Below, piece by piece: positions 10,026-20,154 of a DNA stretch of 64,000 nucleotides. The DNA is taken from the NCBI RefSeq assembly GCF_009936135.1, contig NZ_CP047901.1, positions 60,181 to 124,180 of the forward strand. Reading direction: 5' to 3'. Each line of letters begins with the position of its first letter. Position 1 is the stretch's first letter. The notes under the pieces were generated by a model. The model did not search any database. It saw nothing but the letters and a program-made list of their open reading frames with translations, and had not been told where the DNA came from. The translations under genes and the position numbers were made by a program. This stretch comes from Candidatus Chazhemtobacterium aquaticus (GTDB lineage: Bacteria > Patescibacteriota > Microgenomatia > UBA1400 > Chazhemtobacteraceae).

Positions 10026-11087
10026 ATGAAGCTAACCAATTTTGACTACCATCTTCCTCCTTCTCTTATTGCTCACCATCCAAACAATCCTCGTGATCGA
10101 AGTCGACTCCTCTTCCTCAATAAAACTACCGGGCAAACAAGACACTACCACTTTTCGGATCTTACCAAACTTCTCACTCCCAATGACGTGCTAGTCCTCA
10201 ACCAAACCAAAGTCTTTCCTGCCCGACTCCACCTCCACAAATCAACTGGGGGTAAAGTCGAGATTCTGCTCACCAAACGCCTATCACCAAACTCTTTTGA
10301 AGCCATATCCAAACCAGGTCTTAAACCTAACCAACCACTCTTCCACAACCACAAACACATCGCTACCACCACTCCCAACTCTAATCCAGAACTACCCATC
10401 ATTAACTTTACAATCTCCGCCTCAAAACTTGATCAATTCATTAACTCAACTGGTGCCACTCCCATTCCTCCATATATTCACCCTCATTCGACCGAAAATA
10501 AACTCAGGCACTATTATCAAACTGTATTTGCCAAAGAATCTGGCTCGGTCGCAGCCCCAACCGCAGGACTCCACTTCACCTCTAGATTACTAAAAAACTT
10601 ATCCAATCACGGCGTTAACATCCAATACCTTACCCTTCATGTTGGTCTAGGTACCTTTAAACCAGTTACCTCAAAACAACTCTCAACCAACACTCTTCAC
10701 CCGGAAAGCTATAACCTCAACTCTGCCACAGCTCACAATCTTAACCAAGCAAAACAATCAGGTAAAAGAATTATCGCCGTTGGTACAACCACCACCCGCG
10801 TCCTTGAAAGTTGTCTTGATCAAAATAATCACCTCACACCCAGTAATGGTCAAACCCAACTCTTTATCAAACCGTCCTACCATTTTCGCTTTATTGACGG
10901 CCTAATTACCAACTTCCATTTACCCCAAAGCAGCCTCCTTATGCTCACCTCCGCCTTCATCTCTCATCCCAATACCCCCCACCACTTCAGCTCTTTTTCC
11001 AAATCACACCTCGGCCAAGCCTACCAAGCCGCCATCGAACAACGTTACCGCTTCTACTCCTTCGGAGACGCCATGATCATCATCTAA
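10026..11087 (+). CDS. queA: S-adenosylmethionine:tRNA ribosyltransferase-isomerase
   Basis: N-terminus MKLTNFDYHLPPSLIAHHPNNPRDRSRLL...LVLNQTKVFPARL matches the QueA hallmark. Confidence 0.9.
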   Translation: MKLTNFDYHLPPSLIAHHPNNPRDRSRLLFLNKTTGQTRHYHFSDLTKLLTPNDVLVLNQTKVFPARLHLHKSTGGKVEILLTKRLSPNSFEAISKPGLKPNQPLFHNHKHIATTTPNSNPELPIINFTISASKLDQFINSTGATPIPPYIHPHSTENKLRHYYQTVFAKESGSVAAPTAGLHFTSRLLKNLSNHGVNIQYLTLHVGLGTFKPVTSKQLSTNTLHPESYNLNSATAHNLNQAKQSGKRIIAVGTTTTRVLESCLDQNNHLTPSNGQTQLFIKPSYHFRFIDGLITNFHLPQSSLLMLTSAFISHPNTPHHFSSFSKSHLGQAYQAAIEQRYRFYSFGDAMIII

Positions 11088-12790
11088 ATCCTCATTTCTT
11101 TAAGCTCTCTTAGACTCGTAATCTGATCAACACTTTTATCGTCTCTCAGTTTTACTAGCCGTGGAAATCGCAACGCCAATCCAGCCGTGTGGGTCGGACT
11201 CTCTGTTACCTCATCTGCCGCCAGCTCCACCACCAACTCTGGTTCCACATACACATCAGGCTCTAAAGCCTTATCAATAACATACTCACTTGGTCGCTCT
11301 CTAACCACCAAACGATCAAGCCTATTCTTTAATTCCCTAAATAACTCATCCGTTAATCCTGTTCCTACCTTTGTCACGGTCACATAACCACTTCCACCCT
11401 TAATCCCAACCAAAAAAGCCCCAATCCCAAACTGAGCCCGCTTACCCCTACCTCGATAGTACCCCATCACCACACAATCAACCGTATCTGACAGCTTCGC
11501 GTGCGACTCCTCAACCTCCTTCATCTTCACCCACCTCCATCCGGTCCTCCCTGGAACATACTCACTTCCTAGCTTTTTTACAATCACCCCTTCTAAACCC
11601 TCGCCAAGTAACCGCTCATGCATTTGGCGAATCTTTTTCGGATCATCTGTCTCCCAATAATCGTCAACCACTAATAAATCCTTATCCTTAATCACATCTT
11701 TTAAGATCGCTCTTCTTTCCTCATAAGTTTTATCGATTAAACTCTTTCCATCCAAATACATTACGTCAAACACAAAAAACTTTAACGGCACCTTTCCTGC
11801 CTGATTTGCTACTCCATGTTTTCTCTTTCGCGTAATTGTCATCTGAAACGACATCATCTTCCCTGTTTTAGGATCTATTCCGACAGCCTCACTATCCAAC
11901 ACCAACTCATCTGCCTTTACGTGTAGAACCATCTCTTTTAACTCGGGAAACATCTTGGAAGTTTCTTCCAAATTTCTTGTAAACGTTCTCACCTCCCAAT
12001 CTTTACCACCCCTCCTGAAATGAATCTGCACTCTTGTTCCATCAAATTTTGGCTCAACCGCAACCCTCCCCATTTTTTTTATCATTGCCTTACTTGACTT
12101 CAACCTCTGACACAACATCGGTGAAATCGGAACCCCCAGCTCCATCTCAATCTTATTTGCCACTTCATCAATTCCCTTCTCCTTAACCGACTTTACCAAC
12201 CACCCAATATCCGGACGCATCTGGTACACTCTTTCCAATTTTGACTTAGCGGACTTATCTCCCCTATATGCCCAACTAACCGCATCCAACAAAGTTTTAT
12301 CTGAAAAACCTAAGCGCAGCTTACCCAACACTATTCTGACTACATATTTTGCTGACAATCCATCCAGGTCACCCAAAAGTGAAGCCAGACCAACCAACTT
12401 TCTCTCTTGTGAACCCGCTCCACTCTCTTTAGCAATTCTTTCCAAAATCTTATGTACCTCAACCACTGTTAATCTACTTGGTCCGCTTTTTAACAAACCC
12501 TCAACCACCTCACCCAAGTCTCCTTCTTTCTTATACACGCTGACAACCTCCCCCAAATCTTTCTCGGTCACCCTCGCTACTGCTTTCTGAACCTGCTTCT
12601 CTGCCAAACCAAATTCCAAACTATCATATAATGGCCTTAATCTCCCTAATATCAAATATGCCACCACATCAGCCTCATTCACCTCTACCTCTCTCACCAA
12701 CTCAGCCAACAACTCAGTCATTCGATTCCTCGAACTCACCCGCTCCAACTCACTCAACTTTTGTCCCAACCTTTCAAACTTCATCATCAC
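11084..12790 (-). CDS. ATP-dependent DNA ligase
   Basis: Adenylation motif I KFDGTRVQIH. Motif III VLDSEAV. Motif IV EGVIVKKL. Motif V WVKMK. Confidence 0.9.
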   Translation of the reverse strand: MMMKFERLGQKLSELERVSSRNRMTELLAELVREVEVNEADVVAYLILGRLRPLYDSLEFGLAEKQVQKAVARVTEKDLGEVVSVYKKEGDLGEVVEGLLKSGPSRLTVVEVHKILERIAKESGAGSQERKLVGLASLLGDLDGLSAKYVVRIVLGKLRLGFSDKTLLDAVSWAYRGDKSAKSKLERVYQMRPDIGWLVKSVKEKGIDEVANKIEMELGVPISPMLCQRLKSSKAMIKKMGRVAVEPKFDGTRVQIHFRRGGKDWEVRTFTRNLEETSKMFPELKEMVLHVKADELVLDSEAVGIDPKTGKMMSFQMTITRKRKHGVANQAGKVPLKFFVFDVMYLDGKSLIDKTYEERRAILKDVIKDKDLLVVDDYWETDDPKKIRQMHERLLGEGLEGVIVKKLGSEYVPGRTGWRWVKMKEVEESHAKLSDTVDCVVMGYYRGRGKRAQFGIGAFLVGIKGGSGYVTVTKVGTGLTDELFRELKNRLDRLVVRERPSEYVIDKALEPDVYVEPELVVELAADEVTESPTHTAGLALRFPRLVKLRDDKSVDQITSLRELKEMRI

Positions 12791-12813
12791 TAACTTTCTA
12801 ATAACAACTCCTC

Positions 12814-13926
12814 CTATCTTAAAACCTTTAGAGAATATTTTGCACCCTTAGTTTTTCCTCGCTTTTTTACCAAACTTTTTTTCATCAAATCTTTTAAATC
12901 TCGCAAAATCGTGTCATCACTCACCATGGGCAACAACTTTCTTGCCTCTGTCATCGTCATCCATTCATGAGTCTCCAAATACTCTATCAACCTAATTTGT
13001 CTCTCTTTCAAGGCTACCTGCTTACCCATTCTACCCCGCAACCTGTTATCCACTGACAATTTCTTTACCTTTTCCTTAACTTTATCCATCTCTATCGCCA
13101 TTGCCTCAGCAAAAAACTCGAGCCAACTAGTCATATCTCCTCCTGACTCAAACACTTTGACAAAAGCATCATAGTAAGTCTCCACATTCCGATCAAAATG
13201 TTCTTCGATGCTAAAGAACCTTCTCGCATCTATTCCTTCTACTGCTAGCACTAATAAGGCCATGGCTCTAGCCACCCGCCCATTACCCTCTATAAACGGA
13301 TGGATTCTCGACAACTCGAAATGTACTACACCCGCCCTAATAACTGGATGCATCTCACCAGCCTTTGCGCTATTCAACCATACGAAAAAGTCCTCAATCT
13401 GATATGGAACCTCCACTGCATTAGGTGGTCGATAAACCACCTCTCCATCTTTCACCCCTCTTATTACCACCTGATCTTGTCGATATACTCCCACCTTGTG
13501 TGGCTCAATTACTCTCTCCATCGTCAAAGCGTGTATCTGCAATAATTGTTTCTGAGAATACTCAAACTTTCCACCCCTACTTAAATAATCTTCAACCAAA
13601 TCATCAAGATAACTCAAAACATTTCGATAGTTAATCACTTCCTGAACATCTCTATCTCTAGCCGTAATACCCGCTTTCTCTGCCACCTCAGCAGCCAACG
13701 CACCTCTTTCAGTCTCCTGTCTTACCACCTGCTCTGCCTGCTCCAAAGTTAAATCATTCCCCTCAACATGAGTCCCAAAATGTACTGTTCGCACCACCGC
13801 TTCCTCCTTAAATTTTGCCTCCCATGCCGGTACCAGAGGAGCATTATTAACTACTTCTTTTGCCGCCTCAACCAAACCAACAAACCTCAACAAGTTATTA
13901 GAAATCGTATACTTAGGCTCAAACAT
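12814..13926 (-). CDS. Fic family protein (AMPylase-type) with C-terminal winged-helix region
   Basis: Canonical Fic motif HPFIEGNGRVARAMA. Confidence 0.9.
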   Translation of the reverse strand: MFEPKYTISNNLLRFVGLVEAAKEVVNNAPLVPAWEAKFKEEAVVRTVHFGTHVEGNDLTLEQAEQVVRQETERGALAAEVAEKAGITARDRDVQEVINYRNVLSYLDDLVEDYLSRGGKFEYSQKQLLQIHALTMERVIEPHKVGVYRQDQVVIRGVKDGEVVYRPPNAVEVPYQIEDFFVWLNSAKAGEMHPVIRAGVVHFELSRIHPFIEGNGRVARAMALLVLAVEGIDARRFFSIEEHFDRNVETYYDAFVKVFESGGDMTSWLEFFAEAMAIEMDKVKEKVKKLSVDNRLRGRMGKQVALKERQIRLIEYLETHEWMTMTEARKLLPMVSDDTILRDLKDLMKKSLVKKRGKTKGAKYSLKVLR

Positions 13927-13988
13927 TCACCACAATTGTTGCAAATTATGCAGGAAAAATCAAGTACAATCCTGTTAAAATACCTTAT

Positions 13989-14297
13989 ATGGCCAAAAAG
14001 ATAGAACCACCCAACTCGTTCCGCGACCTTCCTCTAGCTACGATTAAACAGATGCTCACCCTTGCTACCTCAGGTTTTGGTCTTGTTGCAGCTCTTGCTT
14101 GGAATGAAGTTATCAAAGAGACTGTTAATCTCTATATCCGACCATACTTCGCCAAAGGATCAGGCCTCATCTCTCTATTTATCTACGCTATCGCTATTAC
14201 CGCGCTCGCCGTCATCGTTACTCTCCAGTTAACCAAACTCCAAACCCAACTCGAATCCTCCTCCCAACCTAAAAAAACCAAAAAACGTTCTAACTAG
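13989..14297 (+). CDS. small membrane protein (two hydrophobic helices)
   Basis: ORF with two TM-like segments. No motif. Confidence 0.35.
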   Translation: MAKKIEPPNSFRDLPLATIKQMLTLATSGFGLVAALAWNEVIKETVNLYIRPYFAKGSGLISLFIYAIAITALAVIVTLQLTKLQTQLESSSQPKKTKKRSN

Positions 14298-15168
14298 TCT
14301 CCATCAAGCTTCTCTTATAAACAACTGGAACTCTCTCTACCAAATCATCTGCATTAAACATCTCCCCTCTCTCACTATCTAACTCCTCAGCCGTTTTCTT
14401 TACTAAGAAGTTTGCCGCTGCCGCTGCCAACACAGGAGGGTTTTTAACCAATAATCCAGCCGTCAAACCAGCTACCACATCACCCGTTCCCCCTTTACTC
14501 AAACCCGGACTCCCACCTTCAACCAAATATGTACTATTACCATCACTCACCACGCTCACCACTCCCTTAAGAGCAATTACACACCCATGCTTAACCGCCT
14601 GCCTCTCAACCTTCTCTACTACACCATCAAAATCTCGCCAGTTTATCCTCTCTCTAAAAAGCATCTCGTACTCCTTCGTATTAGGTGTCACTACTGCTCC
14701 CAATGGAATCAACCCATCATCCATCACCTGCAAGCTCCCACCATCTAATGCCCACTTTTTTAACGGAAACTCACTAACTAGTCGTTCAGTTAAAGCTTTG
14801 GTCTCACGACCCTCTCCGTCACACACCTGACCATTATGCCCCCCTTTCTCACTCACATACCTCATCAACCCGGGCCCGATCAGTACCACGTCGGATTTCT
14901 TAATATACTCATCCAATTCATCCCTAGGTATCCAGATAAACGCACTCAAACTCGTCTTAATCTTCTCGGCTATATCTCGATTTTCTTCACCAGAGGCAAA
15001 ATAAACCATATCAACCAACCGACTAGCAGCCTTAAGCGCCAACACCGGCGCACCATGAAACAGACTCGAACCTCCAACAATTACCACCTGGCCTCCATCA
15101 AACTTAGTCATTGTCGCTTCTGGGCGCCACAAACTAATCAAATCACCACTCTCAAACTTTTTTCTCAT
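14290..15168 (-). CDS. nnrD: ADP-dependent NAD(P)H-hydrate dehydratase (YjeF C-terminal / carbohydrate kinase-like domain)
   Basis: VVIVGGSSLFHGAPVLALKAA, GPG, and GGTGDVVAGLTAGLL signatures. Confidence 0.8.
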   Translation of the reverse strand: MRKKFESGDLISLWRPEATMTKFDGGQVVIVGGSSLFHGAPVLALKAASRLVDMVYFASGEENRDIAEKIKTSLSAFIWIPRDELDEYIKKSDVVLIGPGLMRYVSEKGGHNGQVCDGEGRETKALTERLVSEFPLKKWALDGGSLQVMDDGLIPLGAVVTPNTKEYEMLFRERINWRDFDGVVEKVERQAVKHGCVIALKGVVSVVSDGNSTYLVEGGSPGLSKGGTGDVVAGLTAGLLVKNPPVLAAAAANFLVKKTAEELDSERGEMFNADDLVERVPVVYKRSLMETS

Positions 15169-16226
15169 TCTTCCAATTTAATCACCTTTACATTCTCCAA
15201 ACCACTCAAGTCATCCTCATTGGTAGTCGTAACTACTACCTGCCTTTCCAACATCACCCTATGTACTTCCACTGCATGTTCCTCATCAAACTCAGAAAAA
15301 ACATCATCCAACAACAATACCACCTTCTTCTTCAATGCTTCCTCCAAATACAACAACTCCCCCATTTTCAGTCCCAATACAGCCATTCGTTGTTCACCCC
15401 TCGAACCATACACCGACAAATCTCTCTCTCCACCATCAACCGAAATGACCACAAAATCATCCTTGTGAGGACCAACTAAAGTGTGACCAGCCATTATCTC
15501 CTCGCGCTCGTACTGTTTTATTCTTCTCTCATTAATCAAACTCTTGTCATACTCAATTCTTAATCCATCAAACAAATCACTTCTCGAAAAAACATCATTA
15601 ATATACCCCACTAATCTTTCTCGCATCTCTGTAATAACCTGACCGTGTTTTATCACCAATCCGTCCCAAAAAGTCAATTGATACTTACTCACTTCTCCTT
15701 CTCTCACCGCCTCCAAGACTCTATTTCTCCTCCTTAAAGCCTTCTCATATGCCATCAAACTTCTTCGATATTCACCCCTCTCTTGAACCAACACTCCATC
15801 AAACCACTTTCTTCTCAACGATGGTGATCCATCCATTAACTCCAAATCCTCTGGTCTAAACACCACTGTCGGCAACATGCCAACAAAATCTTCTTTTTTC
15901 TTGCCAACATCATTAATCAAATATCTTCTCTTTGCCACTCGCTTTCCACCCATCTCCCCTCTAGTTAAGATCACTGAAAGCTTCGTCTCCTCGCCTTCAT
16001 CCTCTACCACTACCTCTACCCTCCCCATCTCCTCGCCAAAACGAACCATCTCTTCTATTCTGCCAGCCCGAAAACTTTCACCCACAGATATCAACCTCAA
16101 ACCCTCTAATACATTCGTCTTTCCAATAGCATTAGGCCCCACTACCACCGTCACCGCCTCACCAAACTCAATTCGTTTTTTTTCATAGCTTCTATACCCC
16201 TCCAAACTTAAAGTTGCCAACCTCAT
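15165..16226 (-). CDS. recF: DNA replication and repair protein RecF
   Basis: N-terminal Walker A VVVGPNAIGKTNVLEGL and C-terminal signature/Walker B LLLDDVFSEFD (SMC-like ABC ATPase). Confidence 0.85.
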   Translation of the reverse strand: MRLATLSLEGYRSYEKKRIEFGEAVTVVVGPNAIGKTNVLEGLRLISVGESFRAGRIEEMVRFGEEMGRVEVVVEDEGEETKLSVILTRGEMGGKRVAKRRYLINDVGKKKEDFVGMLPTVVFRPEDLELMDGSPSLRRKWFDGVLVQERGEYRRSLMAYEKALRRRNRVLEAVREGEVSKYQLTFWDGLVIKHGQVITEMRERLVGYINDVFSRSDLFDGLRIEYDKSLINERRIKQYEREEIMAGHTLVGPHKDDFVVISVDGGERDLSVYGSRGEQRMAVLGLKMGELLYLEEALKKKVVLLLDDVFSEFDEEHAVEVHRVMLERQVVVTTTNEDDLSGLENVKVIKLEE

Positions 16227-16260
16227 GCCTAGATTTTACCGCATTACCTAAGGACCCTTA

Positions 16261-16809
16261 TCAACCCCTACTACGCCATCGGCCACCACCAAAAAATAAA
16301 TCAGAAATATCAAGCTTAGCCACGTGTAACCACCACTCCTTAAACAAGGCATAAATCATTAATATACTCAAAATTGGCCACGGTGCCGATACTAGCAAAT
16401 CTATTTCCAAAAAGCTTGGCAACACCATTTTTAACAAAAACAGTCCAGTCACCATATTGGGAAATATCAACAATAACCACTCTTTTTTCGTCAACCCATA
16501 CAACACTTGACCAAACATTCTCCACCCAAATACAAGCATAAATATATACCACACGGTGTCCCTCTGCCAGTACCATACTACATATGTAGCTATCGATACC
16601 AAGAAAACTAAATCCATCCACTTATCCCATTTCTCATAAGAATCCCTCTTCCAGCCCATTCGCTCAAACATATCTCCATCAACTGTATCCAACAATGTAT
16701 TAACTATTATTCCAACTAAGGGGTTTATCCATACCCATCCCACGGCCAATAATCTAAGTAAAGACCACCACTTCCACAATGTACTTTTCTTTTTGATAGA
16801 CTTTTTCAT
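16261..16809 (-). CDS. hypothetical membrane protein
   Basis: Hydrophobic helices. Weak DxxDG-like segment. No confident family. Confidence 0.3.
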   Translation of the reverse strand: MKKSIKKKSTLWKWWSLLRLLAVGWVWINPLVGIIVNTLLDTVDGDMFERMGWKRDSYEKWDKWMDLVFLVSIATYVVWYWQRDTVWYIFMLVFGWRMFGQVLYGLTKKEWLLLIFPNMVTGLFLLKMVLPSFLEIDLLVSAPWPILSILMIYALFKEWWLHVAKLDISDLFFGGGRWRSRG

Positions 16810-16837
16810 ATTGGTCTAACCTCATTTAACCATACCC

Positions 16838-18811
16838 GTGAATAAAACAATCAACATCGCATTAGTATCTCACGTTGACTGGACTTCTCATGGAGGAGTT
16901 CAAAAACACACCCTAGCTCTAGGAGAAGCCCTCAAAAAACTTGGTGTTTCCGTTACCTATATCTCACCTACTCCTCAAAAAACCGATCCGCCCCAACCTC
17001 ATATCCAAATCGGTCAACTCATTCGTGTACCCACACCAAATGGGTCTTGGGGAAGTATTAGTCGTACCATCAAAACTCCCAACCAAATCCGCGACATTAT
17101 TACTAAAAACAAATTTGATCTGCTCCATTTTCAGGAACTAATTGCCCCCTCTATCAGCTGGCAAATCATCAAGGTTTCCTCGGTTCCCAACTTAGCCACT
17201 TTTCACACTGGCTGGAATAAAGACGCCCCCCAAGAAAATCTCCAACCACTTATCAATCAAATTGGCCAAAACCTTAAACCGTACCTAACCGCCAGTATTG
17301 CCGTCTCACCCACCGCCGCCCAAACCAATAGACAAATTATCCAACCTCCCCTCCACATCATTCCCAACGCTGTAGACCTAAGCCTCTTTACTGCCAGACA
17401 TCCAAAACCAAAACATATCGACTCCAACAAATTAAACCTTCTCTTCATTGGCCGTTTTGAAGAACGCAAAGGTCTCCCTCATCTTCTTCAAGCTCTCAAA
17501 TATCTACCCTCAAATCTCAAAACCCAAATTAATCTCAATATAATCGGCTCCGGTCCCCAAATCCAACTTGTCAAAAAACAAATTAAAGAACTTAACAACA
17601 AACCAACTATCAATCTCTTAGGTTACGTATCAGATTCTCAAAAAGCCGCCTATCTTCAACACTCAGACCTTTTCATAGCTCCCTCAACAGGTGGAGAAAG
17701 TTTCGGCATTGTTCTCATCGAGTCTTTAGCAGCTGGCACCCCTGTCATTGCTGGCAACAATGATGGCTATTCGTATCTCCTTCGCCATTATCCATACAAA
17801 GACGGTATTGTTGACGTCACCAACCACCATCTCTTTGCTCAAATCATAACCCACCTTGCCACCCATCCAAGACTTAGACGCCAACTCTCGCGCTGGGGTA
17901 AAACCTTCGCCAACCAATACTCCGCTGACAAAATTGCCCTAAAGCATCTAAATCTCTACCAAAAAATACTTTCAAACTATCAACCCCTCATCTACTCACC
18001 CCCTCGCTCACCTCACAATATCGGATTCTACAAAACTCAATCTAAGCCTAAAAAAATTCTCCTCCTCCATGGCCAAAAAGGCGGAGCTCTTCGCTTCAAA
18101 TCCATCATCACTTATCTAAGTCGAGATTACCAAGTCATCGCTCCCGATCTCCCTGGCTATGGCAATTCACCAACCAATCAACCTCACACTACCGACCACT
18201 ATACAAACATCCTAAAACACTGGATCTCTGACCAAAAACTATCCAACTTCTCAATTATTGGCTTATCTATGGGGGGTATCATTGCCATTAAACTCCTCAA
18301 AAAACTCAAGTTCCAGCCTGAAAAACTAATTCTCTTGGCCACTCCAGTCAGTCACAAACATCTTACTCTAAACACCAAACAAAACCTGATTAAGTTTCTC
18401 ACTCACCCATACTTACTAAAGTACCCCCAAATATATCAAGGCATAGATCGCATTATCAAATCTGACCGACTAATGACCACCCTCTATCAACTCATTCAGC
18501 CCAACATCATTGATCCAAAGACTCTTGCTTATGAAATCGACCAGTGGCGCCAACAACCTTCCCGAGTTATGGCCGAAACAGCCCACGATCTACTTCAAAC
18601 AGACCTTACTCAAGAGCCACCAAATAACGTCCCCACGATTTACCTCTACACACCCAAAGACAACTACGTTAATATGAAACAAACCATTCCTGCTATCAAA
18701 GCTATTCTCCCCAACACTAGATTTGTATCCCTGAATCTAGACAAGCATGTCCCCCAAGGAGAAATTAGCCTCCAATTAGTCAAACAACTAACCAAGTCTA
18801 TAAAACTATGA
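16838..18811 (+). CDS. fusion protein: N-terminal GT4 (group 1) glycosyltransferase, C-terminal alpha/beta-hydrolase fold
   Basis: GT4 motif region GGESFGIVLIESLAAGTPVIA. C-terminal LLHGQKGGALRF...APDLPGYGNS and nucleophile elbow GLSMGG. Confidence 0.75.
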   Translation: MNKTINIALVSHVDWTSHGGVQKHTLALGEALKKLGVSVTYISPTPQKTDPPQPHIQIGQLIRVPTPNGSWGSISRTIKTPNQIRDIITKNKFDLLHFQELIAPSISWQIIKVSSVPNLATFHTGWNKDAPQENLQPLINQIGQNLKPYLTASIAVSPTAAQTNRQIIQPPLHIIPNAVDLSLFTARHPKPKHIDSNKLNLLFIGRFEERKGLPHLLQALKYLPSNLKTQINLNIIGSGPQIQLVKKQIKELNNKPTINLLGYVSDSQKAAYLQHSDLFIAPSTGGESFGIVLIESLAAGTPVIAGNNDGYSYLLRHYPYKDGIVDVTNHHLFAQIITHLATHPRLRRQLSRWGKTFANQYSADKIALKHLNLYQKILSNYQPLIYSPPRSPHNIGFYKTQSKPKKILLLHGQKGGALRFKSIITYLSRDYQVIAPDLPGYGNSPTNQPHTTDHYTNILKHWISDQKLSNFSIIGLSMGGIIAIKLLKKLKFQPEKLILLATPVSHKHLTLNTKQNLIKFLTHPYLLKYPQIYQGIDRIIKSDRLMTTLYQLIQPNIIDPKTLAYEIDQWRQQPSRVMAETAHDLLQTDLTQEPPNNVPTIYLYTPKDNYVNMKQTIPAIKAILPNTRFVSLNLDKHVPQGEISLQLVKQLTKSIKL

Positions 18812-19284
18812 ACCTCATCAACCGCTTCAAACCCAAACCAGACAAAGGTCTCCCCTTTCTTATTTTCCTCTCATTCCTAGGCACATTTATTAGCTCACGC
18901 CTTCTTGTTTACTTCCTCCCCAACCTTTTTCTTACCGTTAGAGGTAACCACATTCACCATTTCGCCTATGGCATATTTCTCCTTAGTATCCTAGGTTTCA
19001 TCACCCTCACTCACGACCTCAGCAACAAAATGCGTCTCCGTTTAGCTATTTTTTATGGAATCGCGCTAGGTCTTGCTTATGATGAATTTGCTATGTGGCT
19101 TGAACTAGAAGACATCTATCATTCACGCACCAACTATGATGCCATCATCACCATTTCTCTAATCCTACTTAATATCATCTACTTTGCCGATTTCTGGAAA
19201 CGTTGGGGCAATCGACTAAACAAACTTCTCCTCATCCTCCTCTGGCAAACCCCCAAAAACACCCTTAAGCTTTTTCGACGCTAA
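18808..19284 (+). CDS. hypothetical membrane protein
   Basis: ORF with 3-4 hydrophobic helices. Start overlaps the preceding stop. Confidence 0.35.
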   Translation: MNLINRFKPKPDKGLPFLIFLSFLGTFISSRLLVYFLPNLFLTVRGNHIHHFAYGIFLLSILGFITLTHDLSNKMRLRLAIFYGIALGLAYDEFAMWLELEDIYHSRTNYDAIITISLILLNIIYFADFWKRWGNRLNKLLLILLWQTPKNTLKLFRR

Positions 19285-20154
19285 TCACACTTGGCACTCA
19301 GGACAATAATATGTTCCTCTTCCTCCGATTTTGGTTTTAACAATTTCTCCACCACAGTTTAAACAAGTCTCACCCTCCCGTTTGTACACCAAAAAATGCT
19401 CCTGATATTTCCCACCCAATCCTTGAGTGTCTCGAAAATCAGAATATGTCGCACCACCATATCTTATTCCCCGCCTCATCACTTCTTTTAAGGCCGCGTG
19501 TAATAACCCAACCTCTTTCTTGGTTAAACTGTTAGCTATTCGACTGGGGCAAATTTTTGCTAAGTTTAAAGCATCATTTGCATAGATGTTTCCTACCCCA
19601 CCGATTTTCGCGCTATCCATAATCACCAGTTTCACCGACCTAGCTGATTTAGATAACACTCGCGTTAAATACCCAAGACTAAAGCTTTCGTCTACCACAT
19701 CAGGTGGCAACTCATTCTCCATCTTTCTCCAGTCATCCCCAGACAACACTCTAATCCACCCAAAAATCCGCATATCATTAAAAAACAATTTCGACCCATC
19801 AACTAAATTAAATATCACTCGAGTATGCTTGTTTGGCAATTCACCCACCCAATCCCTAGTTGGATGTCCCCCTACCACCCCTCGCTTCAAATGATTAACA
19901 TTCCAGGACTTCAAGCGCCACACCAACTGACCAGTCATTTTCAGATGTACTAATAACACCATCTCCCACCTATCAAACTCCAAAACAACCATCTTTGCCC
20001 TCCTGAAAACCCTAGCGATCTTTCTACCACACAAGTCTTTGGCATCACCCTGGAATGACTTTTTATTCAACACCTCAACCCTATCAATCACCCTTCCCTT
20101 TATTTTTTCATCCAATTGCCGAGCAGTTATCTCCACCTCAGGTAACTCAGGCAT
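19285..20154 (-). CDS. mutM: formamidopyrimidine-DNA glycosylase
   Basis: N-terminal PELPEVE catalytic motif and C-terminal zinc finger CLNCGGEIVKTKIGGRGTYYCPECQ. Confidence 0.9.
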   Translation of the reverse strand: MPELPEVEITARQLDEKIKGRVIDRVEVLNKKSFQGDAKDLCGRKIARVFRRAKMVVLEFDRWEMVLLVHLKMTGQLVWRLKSWNVNHLKRGVVGGHPTRDWVGELPNKHTRVIFNLVDGSKLFFNDMRIFGWIRVLSGDDWRKMENELPPDVVDESFSLGYLTRVLSKSARSVKLVIMDSAKIGGVGNIYANDALNLAKICPSRIANSLTKKEVGLLHAALKEVMRRGIRYGGATYSDFRDTQGLGGKYQEHFLVYKREGETCLNCGGEIVKTKIGGRGTYYCPECQV

